The translations under genes and the position numbers were made by a program. The notes under the pieces were generated by a model that searched no databases, was not told the origin of the DNA, and worked only from the letters and a program-made list of their open reading frames with translations. A stretch of 64,000 nt of DNA from a virus (lineage: Duplodnaviria; Caudoviricetes): the IMG/VR virus record IMGVR_UViG_3300027805_000006. One strand, written 5' to 3'. Positions 15,230 through 24,367 of the stretch are shown piece by piece; the stretch's first letter is position 1, and every line of letters starts with the position of its first letter.

Positions 15230-18010
15230 TTATGTTCCAATATTTCCTTCGAGGTCCCAAACATCAGGTGCAACTTTGATTAGTGTTGCTTTTCCGTGAA
15301 TGTTGGTAATGCTTAGTGAGTCAGGTGTGTTGATGGTAACGCCAGATCCAGCAACAAATGTTACATCACCCGTATTGTGCTTACCAACAATAATAGTACC
15401 ACCAATTGGCATTGGTGCTGGACTTGTTGGGTTAAAATCATTCTCATAGTACTGCTGTGTTCCAGTCCAGAAACTTTCTGGCTGGATTGTAATCGTTATT
15501 GCAGTTACAGCAGTACATCTGTAGTGTGAGTTGTGGTGTGCTGAAGAACCAAGGTCAAGAGCAGTTGACGTTGTGGTAGTTGTTGTTAGAGGTCTTGGCT
15601 TTGGCTGCTGCGATCCTGCAGGACCCGGTACCCAAGAGGTACCATTCCAAATCAATGCATCACCAACTATAGGTGCAGAAGTAGTTGTATCTACATCAGT
15701 CAAATCATCTGCAGACAGAATAATTGGTAGCGATGAAACTGCATCATCAACATATTTCTTATTAACGAGGTCATCATCAAGTAGGACAAGTGCTTCATAG
15801 TTTGTGAGACTTGAAGTAAGAACGCCATCTGATCTTAGAATGATGCTATTGGTAGAATTTTCAAGTGCAAGCCTACCAGCATCAGCAGCAATTCTTGGGT
15901 AGTTTGATGTAGTTACTCCAAACGCTGTTGCCCAAACATAGCCAGTAACATCAATTCCTGATACTACAGGCAGCGTATCAGATGCTTGGAACTTAGCCAG
16001 TAACTCACCATCGACAGATAATTGAACCTGAGCAGGCTGTGCTGGGTCAAACCAAAATCCGCTCTTATCATTTCCAACAAATGAAATGCCAGGCTGAGGT
16101 CCAAATCCATTAAAGAACTTTACCTGTCCTGTGAGTGTTCCACCGGCAAGAGGCAGGTAATCGTGTGAATGGGCTGTATTTGCTTTACCATTAATTTCTG
16201 TCTGCAGATTGGTAAGAGTTGTCTGCAAATTGTAAATCTCATTTATTCCGTGAGTGTGACCAACATTGCTCTTTCCAGCCAGCGCAGTAACTAACCCCAT
16301 AACCTGATTCATATCATGTGAGTGAATTGAATCTGCTTTTCCAGCGAGTGCTGTATCAAGTCCAGAAATTTGAACCATGCTGTGTGTATGGTTTATCTGT
16401 GGATATCGACCATCGAAGAAGTTTAAGTCATAACCACTATCTTGAATGCCGCCACCAGAAACAAATGATGCAAAGTTTCCTACAACTGCAGTAAGTACCT
16501 TATCTACCTTAGCCCCTAGAACAGTGCGAAGAGTTGAGCCAGTGCCCACATCTAAAGCGCTTGTTCTATTCACACCATCAAATACTTCGTCAAATGTATT
16601 GACGTGAATGCGAGCAGCCTTGCTATTCAACTCAGTCTGAAGATCTGTTACCTGTGCAATTGAATGTAGGTGTGATACTGCTGCAAAGTCTGTATGTGTA
16701 TGACCAAGCAGTGAATATAAACTTGAATGGTCATGTGTTAAAGGAGCCTTATCATCAAGCGACGCTTGTAGAAGTGAAACATCTGCAATTGTATGGATAT
16801 GGCCAAGCATTGCCTTTCCTGTTATTGCAATTTCTGCAGCATCTAGACGGCTTTCATGAATTGTCAATTGTCCTGCTTGTGTTGAAGACATAAAGCCATT
16901 TTGGGTTTCCGATGATGCTGGCAGAGATAATGTCCAAACTTTTTCACCTAACCCATTTATAGAAAATGCTGAACTTAGTGGAGCATCTGCTTCAACAATA
17001 ACATCTGATGGTCCAGAAGAATAAACTTGTGGTGTTGTCTCAGCATCTATTTGGAAAACAATTGTTTTTGGCGATTTAATAAATCCAACTCTATACACCA
17101 TTAGCCCCGTCGGGCGTGTGAGAGTAATTTGACCATTGTTGTCACAGAATACAGGATTTCCAATATGACCAGCCCAGTTCCAAGCGTCATATGAAATTTC
17201 ACCACTTTGTGTTACAACACCAACTTGATTTGCTGAGAGTGGCTCTTGAACAATTCCAATTGGTACTCTTTGTGGTGAAAGAGAAGGATTGCTTGAGGCT
17301 AATGAAACAGTATTAGTAGCAGAAAAATATACCAATGACATTGCAGGAATATTTTCTCCTGCTTTGATCGGTATAAATGCATTTGGCAGCACTGCTAATA
17401 CGCCTGTTGTGCCAACTGTTGTATTAAATCTCACTGGCGTATTTGACGTAACAAACTCAAGACTTGGCATTCTGAGTGGTGTGCCAAAGATATCTGTAGA
17501 GATATATCCAGCAGATGATGTTACTTGTAGTGCAATAGCATTTTTCCAGGGTTGTCCAGGTAATTCTGCCTGAATAGAGTTTGTGTTTCCATTTGCCACT
17601 TTACCAGCAAATGCCCTAATAACATGTTGCCATTCAGTTCCACTCCAACGCTTCATTTTCATTGAAGTCAAATCAAACCAATGTTGGTCGACTACTGGAC
17701 TTGAAGGTGCTGAAGGATGTGCTACAGGTTCAATGGTAGTAATACCATATGAAACTAAACTAGTAAGTGTATTGATATCCCAATAAAGATAATTGTCAAT
17801 ACTGCTAACTACTGGGCCCCAGGCAGCAGGAACGTCTTGCGAAAACACAAGAAGATAATTTGATGCACCGTCTGCAATAGTTACTGTTGTAGGAGTAGTT
17901 GATACGTTAAATGCAACATATGATGGTGTTGAAGATGCAATTAAAAATTGTGGTAGACCAAAAGGGTCTTTTTGGCAATCAACAATGCCTTGTCTGAATG
18001 GTAACTTCAT
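15230..18010 (-). CDS. tail/neck fibre-like structural protein with HxH repeats (926 aa)
   Basis: Repeated H.H.I..V..LQ..L..KA fibre repeats; WNGTSWVP linker; C-terminal FVAGSGVTIN...ATLIKVAPDVWDLEG domain. Confidence 0.75.
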   Translation of the reverse strand: MKLPFRQGIVDCQKDPFGLPQFLIASSTPSYVAFNVSTTPTTVTIADGASNYLLVFSQDVPAAWGPVVSSIDNYLYWDINTLTSLVSYGITTIEPVAHPSAPSSPVVDQHWFDLTSMKMKRWSGTEWQHVIRAFAGKVANGNTNSIQAELPGQPWKNAIALQVTSSAGYISTDIFGTPLRMPSLEFVTSNTPVRFNTTVGTTGVLAVLPNAFIPIKAGENIPAMSLVYFSATNTVSLASSNPSLSPQRVPIGIVQEPLSANQVGVVTQSGEISYDAWNWAGHIGNPVFCDNNGQITLTRPTGLMVYRVGFIKSPKTIVFQIDAETTPQVYSSGPSDVIVEADAPLSSAFSINGLGEKVWTLSLPASSETQNGFMSSTQAGQLTIHESRLDAAEIAITGKAMLGHIHTIADVSLLQASLDDKAPLTHDHSSLYSLLGHTHTDFAAVSHLHSIAQVTDLQTELNSKAARIHVNTFDEVFDGVNRTSALDVGTGSTLRTVLGAKVDKVLTAVVGNFASFVSGGGIQDSGYDLNFFDGRYPQINHTHSMVQISGLDTALAGKADSIHSHDMNQVMGLVTALAGKSNVGHTHGINEIYNLQTTLTNLQTEINGKANTAHSHDYLPLAGGTLTGQVKFFNGFGPQPGISFVGNDKSGFWFDPAQPAQVQLSVDGELLAKFQASDTLPVVSGIDVTGYVWATAFGVTTSNYPRIAADAGRLALENSTNSIILRSDGVLTSSLTNYEALVLLDDDLVNKKYVDDAVSSLPIILSADDLTDVDTTTSAPIVGDALIWNGTSWVPGPAGSQQPKPRPLTTTTTTSTALDLGSSAHHNSHYRCTAVTAITITIQPESFWTGTQQYYENDFNPTSPAPMPIGGTIIVGKHNTGDVTFVAGSGVTINTPDSLSITNIHGKATLIKVAPDVWDLEGNIGT

Positions 18011-18016
18011 GTTAAG

Positions 18017-18586
18017 TTATACCTTTGGTGGTTTAAGTGACGGGTCATCTTCATCAATTTGCTTTTCTTCTTGTGGTGCTTTCTGCATATCTCTTGCACC
18101 TCTATAATTGTATGAATAACCCTGCTGATGTGGTGGTGCTTGATAGTTGCCAATTGGGCGTCTTTGTTCTTCATATTCACCGTCAACATGGTCACGAACA
18201 GATGTCTCATTATACTTATACTTTGCAGAAACAAACTTGCTGTAGCCTTCTATGCCACCTACATATGCTAGATAAATTCCTAGCACTGCTTCTGTAAGCC
18301 CACCAGTCAGTGTTAATTTTACCATAATCCAAGTAGCAGTAATGCCGCCGACAAGTTGAAGTATTTTCGTAAGGCTAATAGCTTTGCCATCCTTTGTAAT
18401 CATATCAGCAAAATCAAGTTTGTTTGATGATTGAATTCTCCAGAAGAGAAATAGAATTCCTATGGCAGTAAAAATCATTGCAAGTGCCATAATATTGAAT
18501 TCATACCCAAACAGATCAAGAGTTACATCAACTGTCTGCTGATTGAGATTTTCTTTTACGGGTGTGGCTTGTGTTGCTGGTTGCAT
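18017..18586 (-). CDS. small membrane protein, holin candidate
   Basis: About three hydrophobic helices and a charged C-tail; CATAAATA late promoter at 18612-18619. Confidence 0.5.
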   Translation of the reverse strand: MQPATQATPVKENLNQQTVDVTLDLFGYEFNIMALAMIFTAIGILFLFWRIQSSNKLDFADMITKDGKAISLTKILQLVGGITATWIMVKLTLTGGLTEAVLGIYLAYVGGIEGYSKFVSAKYKYNETSVRDHVDGEYEEQRRPIGNYQAPPHQQGYSYNYRGARDMQKAPQEEKQIDEDDPSLKPPKV

Positions 18587-18742
18587 TAGAAACTCCTACA
18601 CTATCATATCTTATTTATGGCATCATAATTCCGGGAGCACATAACTATGAATGCGGGCGCTATTTGTGCGCTAATGCTATAATATCGCGCGCGTTGTTGC
18701 TTGTGGCGTAGTTTTTCTTTTTTCGACTTGGTATAGGCATTA

Positions 18743-18767
18743 AAAAAGGACCTTTTTGGTCCTTTTT
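18743..18767. terminator. bidirectional intrinsic terminator after glutaredoxin
   Basis: AAAAAGGACC-TTTTT-GGTCCTTTTT. Confidence 0.8.
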
Positions 18768-18768
18768 G

Positions 18769-19035
18769 TTAGTCCTTATTGCTGAAGAACTGTTTTAGTT
18801 CTTGATATCCACCTATTTTAGTTTGATGTCCGTCAAAGTCTAGCAGGATCTGCGGCATAGTTCTGGCACCTGGAAATACCTCTAGAATTTCATCTCGTGA
18901 AACGTAATTCTTTCCTTCCTCCTTTGGCTGCCCCATATCAAGCATATACTCAAGATATGCACATTCGTGTTGCTTTAGGAGTGCTTTGGCTTGCTCGCAA
19001 AAGGTGCATTGTGGTTTTGAATAAACTTTAAACAT
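18769..19035 (-). CDS. glutaredoxin (NrdC/NrdH-like)
   Basis: YSKPQCTFCEQAK, TMPQI, IGGY; downstream of nrdB. Confidence 0.92.
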   Translation of the reverse strand: MFKVYSKPQCTFCEQAKALLKQHECAYLEYMLDMGQPKEEGKNYVSRDEILEVFPGARTMPQILLDFDGHQTKIGGYQELKQFFSNKD

Positions 19036-19043
19036 ATTTTCCT

Positions 19044-20144
19044 TTATAGTTCTGGAAGTTCCTCATAAACAAGATCAGAAGTCATTGATGCTAAAACATA
19101 ACTTTGTGACTCATTTTCCTGAAGAGCAGTTTGTTTCTTGCTGGTATTCAGGTGCTTGTTAAACCAAGGAAGTGGAGTTGTTTTAATACCAATATCGTAT
19201 TTTATACCAATTTCCTTTAGCCGTGTTTGAGCAGTCCAATCGACGAAGTCTCGCATTACTTTGGCATTCAAGCCAATGACAGTGCCTTTCTTGAAGAGAT
19301 AATCAGCCCACGCCTTTTCTTCTTCAATCACGTCAATAAACATTTGATAAACTTCTTCCTTGCACCTCTCCTTAGCAGCAGCAAAGCGCTTATCGTCCTT
19401 AACGACGCGGTTAATAATCATTCCAGTCCAATCAGTATGTAGAAGTTCATCATTAAGAATTAGATTGATGATATTTCCATTGCCAATAAAAATCTTATTT
19501 TCAACCATTCCGAGAGATGTAGCAAATGATACCATAAATCGAATTGCCTCTAGCGCGTATGAAGCATTCAGTGCAAGCCAAATTGCGTCGATCATCTTCT
19601 CTTCATCTGGCTTTGTTGCTACTGGATTAACTGTTGCCTGAGCGTTAAGCACGCTAAGTTGATCGTAGTACTTCCCGATATGAGCCGCCATTTCTACAAT
19701 TTCAGTAGTGTCGTGAATTCTGTTGAATTCTTCTGAAGGTACATTGTAGATATTTCTAATGATGTGGCTGTAACTGTCAGAGTGAATTTGCTCAAATGCA
19801 GACCACCACAAAACAAGTGCTTCAAGTTCTGGAACAGAAACAACTGGGAAAAAGCACTCAACTGGAGAACGACCTTGAATACTGTCAAGTGCCGTCTGCC
19901 TCAGAAGGTTGCTAGTGAAGATGTGCTTTACTGCTTCGTTTGCATTCTTGAAGTCAATCTTATCCTTCACCAAGGTGATTTCTTCAGGAACCCAGAAAAA
20001 GCCCTTTTGAGTCTTTACATATTTTGCAATACTTGGGTATGCGTGTTCCTCATAACGCTGAATGGTAACTCTACCAGCCGGGTCAAGGAACATCTGTCGA
20101 TTTAGATAGTTTGGATTTGAACTGAAATTTAAACTGCTTTTCAT
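19044..20144 (-). CDS. nrdB: ribonucleotide reductase class Ia beta subunit
   Basis: FFWVPEEI, LDSIQGR, EQIHSDSY (radical Tyr), LEAIRF, DELLH di-iron ligands. Confidence 0.95.
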   Translation of the reverse strand: MKSSLNFSSNPNYLNRQMFLDPAGRVTIQRYEEHAYPSIAKYVKTQKGFFWVPEEITLVKDKIDFKNANEAVKHIFTSNLLRQTALDSIQGRSPVECFFPVVSVPELEALVLWWSAFEQIHSDSYSHIIRNIYNVPSEEFNRIHDTTEIVEMAAHIGKYYDQLSVLNAQATVNPVATKPDEEKMIDAIWLALNASYALEAIRFMVSFATSLGMVENKIFIGNGNIINLILNDELLHTDWTGMIINRVVKDDKRFAAAKERCKEEVYQMFIDVIEEEKAWADYLFKKGTVIGLNAKVMRDFVDWTAQTRLKEIGIKYDIGIKTTPLPWFNKHLNTSKKQTALQENESQSYVLASMTSDLVYEELPEL

Positions 20145-20159
20145 AAAAACTCCTGCAAA

Positions 20160-22484
20160 TTATAGAACACAACTTTCACATACTTCTTCAACTTCTTCAA
20201 TAACTTCTTGCTTTACTTCTGGCTCAAATGCCTTCGCCGCTTCACGCGCCGCTTGCTTTTCAACTAGGTGGTAATAGTGACTTTTCAATCCCCACTTGTG
20301 GGCTAGCATTAGGTTCTTTGTTACCAAAGTTAGCGGTATCTTGCCATCGCTGAAGTGACGTGGAGAGTAGAAGGTATCTGACGAAATGCCCTGGTCAATG
20401 TATGCCTGCAGAACAGCCACTGTCTTGATGTAATCAACACAGTCCTTTTGTTCAAATAGCAACTGATAGTTCTTCTTCAGTTTTCTGAATTCAGGTGCCA
20501 CCTGTGGAATAATACCTGCCTTGCTTTCCTTAATAACAATGAACTGCTTTAGGAGGTTAATTCCATTGGTGCTATCAATTACAACTGAAGAACTTTCAAC
20601 AGGTGCAATTGCCATCAGGGTTGCATTACGAACACCGAAGGTCTTCATTTTCTCTCTTAGACCTTCCCAATCTAGATCATCACTAGGCACGAACGATGTT
20701 AGATCATCAACACCCTTTGAGCGTCTTTCCCAAGGGAATACACCCTTACCATACCAGGTATTATGACTTTGCGAACAAGGACCCTTTTCCTTTGCAAGTT
20801 CAACGCTCATTTCCGTAAGATAGAATGCTTGGTGTTCCATCCAGCGCTTTACTTCAGCAAGCGCTTCTGTATCACCATACCGCAACTTACGCTTTGCATG
20901 CCAGAATGCTAGGTTAGTAACGCCAATTCCAAGTGGTTCAAACTCTTCATTGTGGAGTTTGCTTTGAACTGAAAGGAAGTCCTGGTACTGCAGCAGATTA
21001 TGAAGACAGCGGTGAAGCAGCCTTGTTGGACGTCTCATTTCATCTGGGTGTCTGAACTTGCCCCAGTTCAAACTTCCAAGAGTGCATAACGCAATCCTAC
21101 CACACTCGTCATCTACCGTCTGGAATTCTCTTGTTGGGAGCATAATTTCAGTGCATAGGTTTGTCTGGTAGATAGGATGAACGCTGGTGTCAAAAGGACC
21201 TTGGTTTGAAACATTGTCAACGTTCAGAATATAGTAGCGACCAGTATCAGCACGCTCCTTCATTACCCAGCCGAATACCTTCTCTGCAGTTTCAACCTTT
21301 GAACGAATGTCCTTTCGCTTCTCATACTCGCAGTACAGTTGCTCAAACTTAGCACTATCGCTGTAGAATGCTTCATATAGGTCTGGCACCTGGTTAGGGT
21401 CAAAGAAGGTAATGTTTCCACCTTGTCGAAGCCGCCGCCAGAAGAAAGCACTTAGCACCACGCAGTAGTCCATCTGTCGTACGCGTGTTTCTTCAGTGCC
21501 TTGGTTGTTCTTTAGCACGATGAAGTCATCAAACTGATAGTGCCAGATTGGCATATTCACGGTTGCAGAAGCATTACGAATTCCACCCTGGCTGCACGAA
21601 CGAAGATCAGCAAACCACTTCTTCATAAAGGGAATAATGCCAGTGTGCATTACTTCGCCCTTTCTAATTTCGGCGCCCAATGGGCGAAGCCTTCCAATCT
21701 CTAGACCGATGCCTGCTCGCTTTGAGGCATAATCAGCCATAACTTGTCCAGTCGCAAAGATGCTTTTTAGTGTATCGTCAGTGCGCAACAACACACAGGA
21801 ACTAAACTGCTTTGTCTTAGTGCCTAGACCTGCAAGAACCGGTGTTGCCAGCGTAAAGAGCCCATCAGAAGCAGCAGAATAGAAGTCCTTTACCCACTTA
21901 AGTCGTTCTTTCTTTTCTGCGTGGAATGCCACCGCTGCAGCCACCATATAGCGAACCTGGGGGCTTTCAATGATAAGGTTGGTAGAACGATTTCTAACCA
22001 GGTATTTTTCAATAAGTTGTTCAACTGCAGCGTATGACAACTGTTCATCACGCTCGTGTTCAACCCACCTGTTCAGTTCATTCCACTCTTCTTCTGAGTA
22101 CCACTCTAGAAGTTCAGGGGTGTAGAGATTGAGTGCTACATTTTTCTTTACAATTTCATAAAGGTGTGGAGGATCATAATCTCCATACACATCTTTTCTT
22201 AACATGCTTATGCGCTGCTTTCCAGCAACATATTGGTAATTTGCATTTCCAATATCTGGATTTTCTTCTTCATCAATTAGATTGACCATTGCTCTTAGCG
22301 CAATTTGATCAAGTTCCCTAGTTGTCATACCATCAGTGAAATGCGCCTGGGCAGCAATTTCAATCATTGATGGGGAAACATCAGCAACACCCTCACATAC
22401 CTTTGCGATTTGTGCCTGCCACTTTGACAAGTCGAATGGGACTTTTTCCCCAGACCGTTTTACTACGAACATGCTTTTATCCAT
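20160..22484 (-). CDS. nrdA: ribonucleotide reductase class Ia alpha subunit
   Basis: ATP cone VVKRSG, FSSCVL, TNLCTEI, CTLG, C-terminal CESC; uninterrupted. Confidence 0.96.
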   Translation of the reverse strand: MDKSMFVVKRSGEKVPFDLSKWQAQIAKVCEGVADVSPSMIEIAAQAHFTDGMTTRELDQIALRAMVNLIDEEENPDIGNANYQYVAGKQRISMLRKDVYGDYDPPHLYEIVKKNVALNLYTPELLEWYSEEEWNELNRWVEHERDEQLSYAAVEQLIEKYLVRNRSTNLIIESPQVRYMVAAAVAFHAEKKERLKWVKDFYSAASDGLFTLATPVLAGLGTKTKQFSSCVLLRTDDTLKSIFATGQVMADYASKRAGIGLEIGRLRPLGAEIRKGEVMHTGIIPFMKKWFADLRSCSQGGIRNASATVNMPIWHYQFDDFIVLKNNQGTEETRVRQMDYCVVLSAFFWRRLRQGGNITFFDPNQVPDLYEAFYSDSAKFEQLYCEYEKRKDIRSKVETAEKVFGWVMKERADTGRYYILNVDNVSNQGPFDTSVHPIYQTNLCTEIMLPTREFQTVDDECGRIALCTLGSLNWGKFRHPDEMRRPTRLLHRCLHNLLQYQDFLSVQSKLHNEEFEPLGIGVTNLAFWHAKRKLRYGDTEALAEVKRWMEHQAFYLTEMSVELAKEKGPCSQSHNTWYGKGVFPWERRSKGVDDLTSFVPSDDLDWEGLREKMKTFGVRNATLMAIAPVESSSVVIDSTNGINLLKQFIVIKESKAGIIPQVAPEFRKLKKNYQLLFEQKDCVDYIKTVAVLQAYIDQGISSDTFYSPRHFSDGKIPLTLVTKNLMLAHKWGLKSHYYHLVEKQAAREAAKAFEPEVKQEVIEEVEEVCESCVL

Positions 22485-22665
22485 TTAATTGTTTTCTGAT
22501 TGTTAATGGTCTCAAATTTATTGCTTTATCAGCATCGCCTTGAATTATGAGTGTTGATATAAGTTGTCTTCTAAATTCTGCTTTCTCTGTTTCTGATAAT
22601 CTTGGTAAATTTCCTGCTGACCTTCTGATTTCTTCTTGACTTATCAGATATTCTACAGTATCCAT
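22477..22665 (-). CDS. hypothetical protein (about 62 aa)
   Basis: Likely start MDTVEYL; overlaps the nrdA start. Confidence 0.5.
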   Translation of the reverse strand: MDTVEYLISQEEIRRSAGNLPRLSETEKAEFRRQLISTLIIQGDADKAINLRPLTIRKQLNG

Positions 22666-22787
22666 ATTATACTGTACTTTACTTGAAGTAATGACAGTGA
22701 ATAACTTTGGAGGAGTAAGGTCAGATGACATTTAATTTTAAAAAATAAAAATACTGGAAATAACCTGAAAACAGGCTAAAACGAAAT

Positions 22788-23399
22788 TTATACTACAGTT
22801 TCTGGATTGGTAGTATAATCACGCATTTCATTTATGCGTCTCATCCATCCATTTCTGAAACGTTCCTGAGAGGGATTGCGCTGAATAATTTCAGAATAGA
22901 AGTCCTGTCTGATATCACAAATAATACCACAGAGTGAAAGTTCGCCTATTTGAAAAAGTGCAGTATTAAGTGCCTTTAAAGAGCCCGGTCCAATAGAACC
23001 ATCTTCAGTTACTCTAATCGCACGCTGCAGAAACTTACTTGCTCTTCCAACACCGTGATTGATCGCGCCATCAAAGTGAAGTACAGCAAGGCGAGGCGAA
23101 AGTTGATTCACTGCATCGCACTTAGCGGCAAGCCAATACATTTTAAAATAAACTTCTTGAGCACCTGCCCAAGTCAAAAGGGTGATATTTAAATCAGGGT
23201 TGGCATTTTTTGCAACACCAAACTTTGTTTCACCGCCTCGATCAAGCGGGTCATTTACATACCCAACAGCCCGTTGCTGTTCTCTAGTATTGATTAACCC
23301 TTCTTCAACACCGGGTGCATCTCTTCTCCAGTGCCCGCCTACTTCATATAGCATTGCGTGATCGATGGCTGTTTCAAAGGCTGATGGGTACTGTGACAT
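22788..23399 (-). CDS. endolysin, glycoside hydrolase family 108 with peptidoglycan-binding C-terminus
   Basis: E.GG...GYVNDPLDRGGETKFGV, FDGAINHG, LQRAI...DG.IGP, RFRNGWMRR; AGGAG RBS and GATAAATA late promoter. Confidence 0.92.
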   Translation of the reverse strand: MSQYPSAFETAIDHAMLYEVGGHWRRDAPGVEEGLINTREQQRAVGYVNDPLDRGGETKFGVAKNANPDLNITLLTWAGAQEVYFKMYWLAAKCDAVNQLSPRLAVLHFDGAINHGVGRASKFLQRAIRVTEDGSIGPGSLKALNTALFQIGELSLCGIICDIRQDFYSEIIQRNPSQERFRNGWMRRINEMRDYTTNPETVV

Positions 23400-23433
23400 G
23401 GCAATCTCCTGGTTGTGACCTATTTATCTGTGG

Positions 23434-23943
23434 TCACCCCAAAATATCGCCTACCGTCTTCCCTCCGATCCAGCGGTGCAAATCATGTGGCCCGCACACA
23501 ATTCCATAGAAAATCGACTTCCCATGAAACAATTCCACACCTGTTGGGTGGATCATGGCTGATGCTTTTGGTACTGCAGGATGAATACAGGAAGTTTTGG
23601 CAGTATAGCCAATGATAGTCGCTGTTGCAGTTGCTAACTTACTGTCATCAGGAGAAAATAAAAGAAGGTCGTGGTTAAATGCAGCAGAACTGGTGATAGG
23701 GATACTATCAATTGTATAGGTTTCTTTATCAACTGCCATCACATGCCAACTTGCTGGAATTTCAACTTCTAAATTTTGAATACGCAGTTTAAGTGTATGA
23801 CCTGTCGTTTCCTCAAGGTACTGCATTTCCTCCAACTTAAAGTCCATCATATGACTGCTAAATGACCAAAAGTGGGAAACACCAATAGGAGCAGTAATGC
23901 TCTCTAGAATGTATGCGCGATTTACCTCAGATAATATTTGCAT
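23434..23943 (-). CDS. hypothetical protein (169 aa)
   Basis: Co-oriented ORF downstream of uvsW. Confidence 0.75.
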   Translation of the reverse strand: MQILSEVNRAYILESITAPIGVSHFWSFSSHMMDFKLEEMQYLEETTGHTLKLRIQNLEVEIPASWHVMAVDKETYTIDSIPITSSAAFNHDLLLFSPDDSKLATATATIIGYTAKTSCIHPAVPKASAMIHPTGVELFHGKSIFYGIVCGPHDLHRWIGGKTVGDILG

Positions 23944-24367
23944 TTTTGATATACTTTTCGGTTAGTTCTGCCAAAGTTAGTCGTGCAAAGTTTCCACCTG
24001 CAAATCGACCACCATACTTCTTCCATTCTTCTATTATAGATTGATATACCTGCTCTGCGGATACAATTTCTTGTGGTTGAAGGTGAATAATTATATCAAG
24101 CGTATCATACACTGTAGATGGGAGAGATCTGCCATAGTATGCTAGAAGTTGGTGTTGCTGGTTGCGGTGAAGGATGGCATTTAACTTTTCTTCCTCTTCT
24201 TGTGTACAGATTACATGAGCACGAGCCATCATATTAATAGTGTCACCAGCCATAAAAGCACCAGACAATTGCTCTTCAAGATTTGAGCCGCTGATTATAC
24301 CAATTGACAGGAGTTGGTGCCTTACATGCTGAAGGTCGCCAACGCCTGCTTTTCTCTCAATTCTCAT
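23927..24367 (-). CDS. hypothetical protein (146 aa)
   Basis: 4-nt overlap with the uvsW C-part. Confidence 0.7.
   Translation of the reverse strand: MRIERKAGVGDLQHVRHQLLSIGIISGSNLEEQLSGAFMAGDTINMMARAHVICTQEEEEKLNAILHRNQQHQLLAYYGRSLPSTVYDTLDIIIHLQPQEIVSAEQVYQSIIEEWKKYGGRFAGGNFARLTLAELTEKYIKNANII

Noticed and set aside
18660-18740. Small minus-strand ORF MPIPSRKKKNY... after the glutaredoxin terminator
   Set aside because: Only 26 codons, no RBS, begins immediately after a terminator.
23434-23943. Degenerate Hint-domain protein downstream of uvsW
   Set aside because: Only a vague beta-strand pattern; no N-terminal Cys/Ser, no TxxH, no C-terminal HN.
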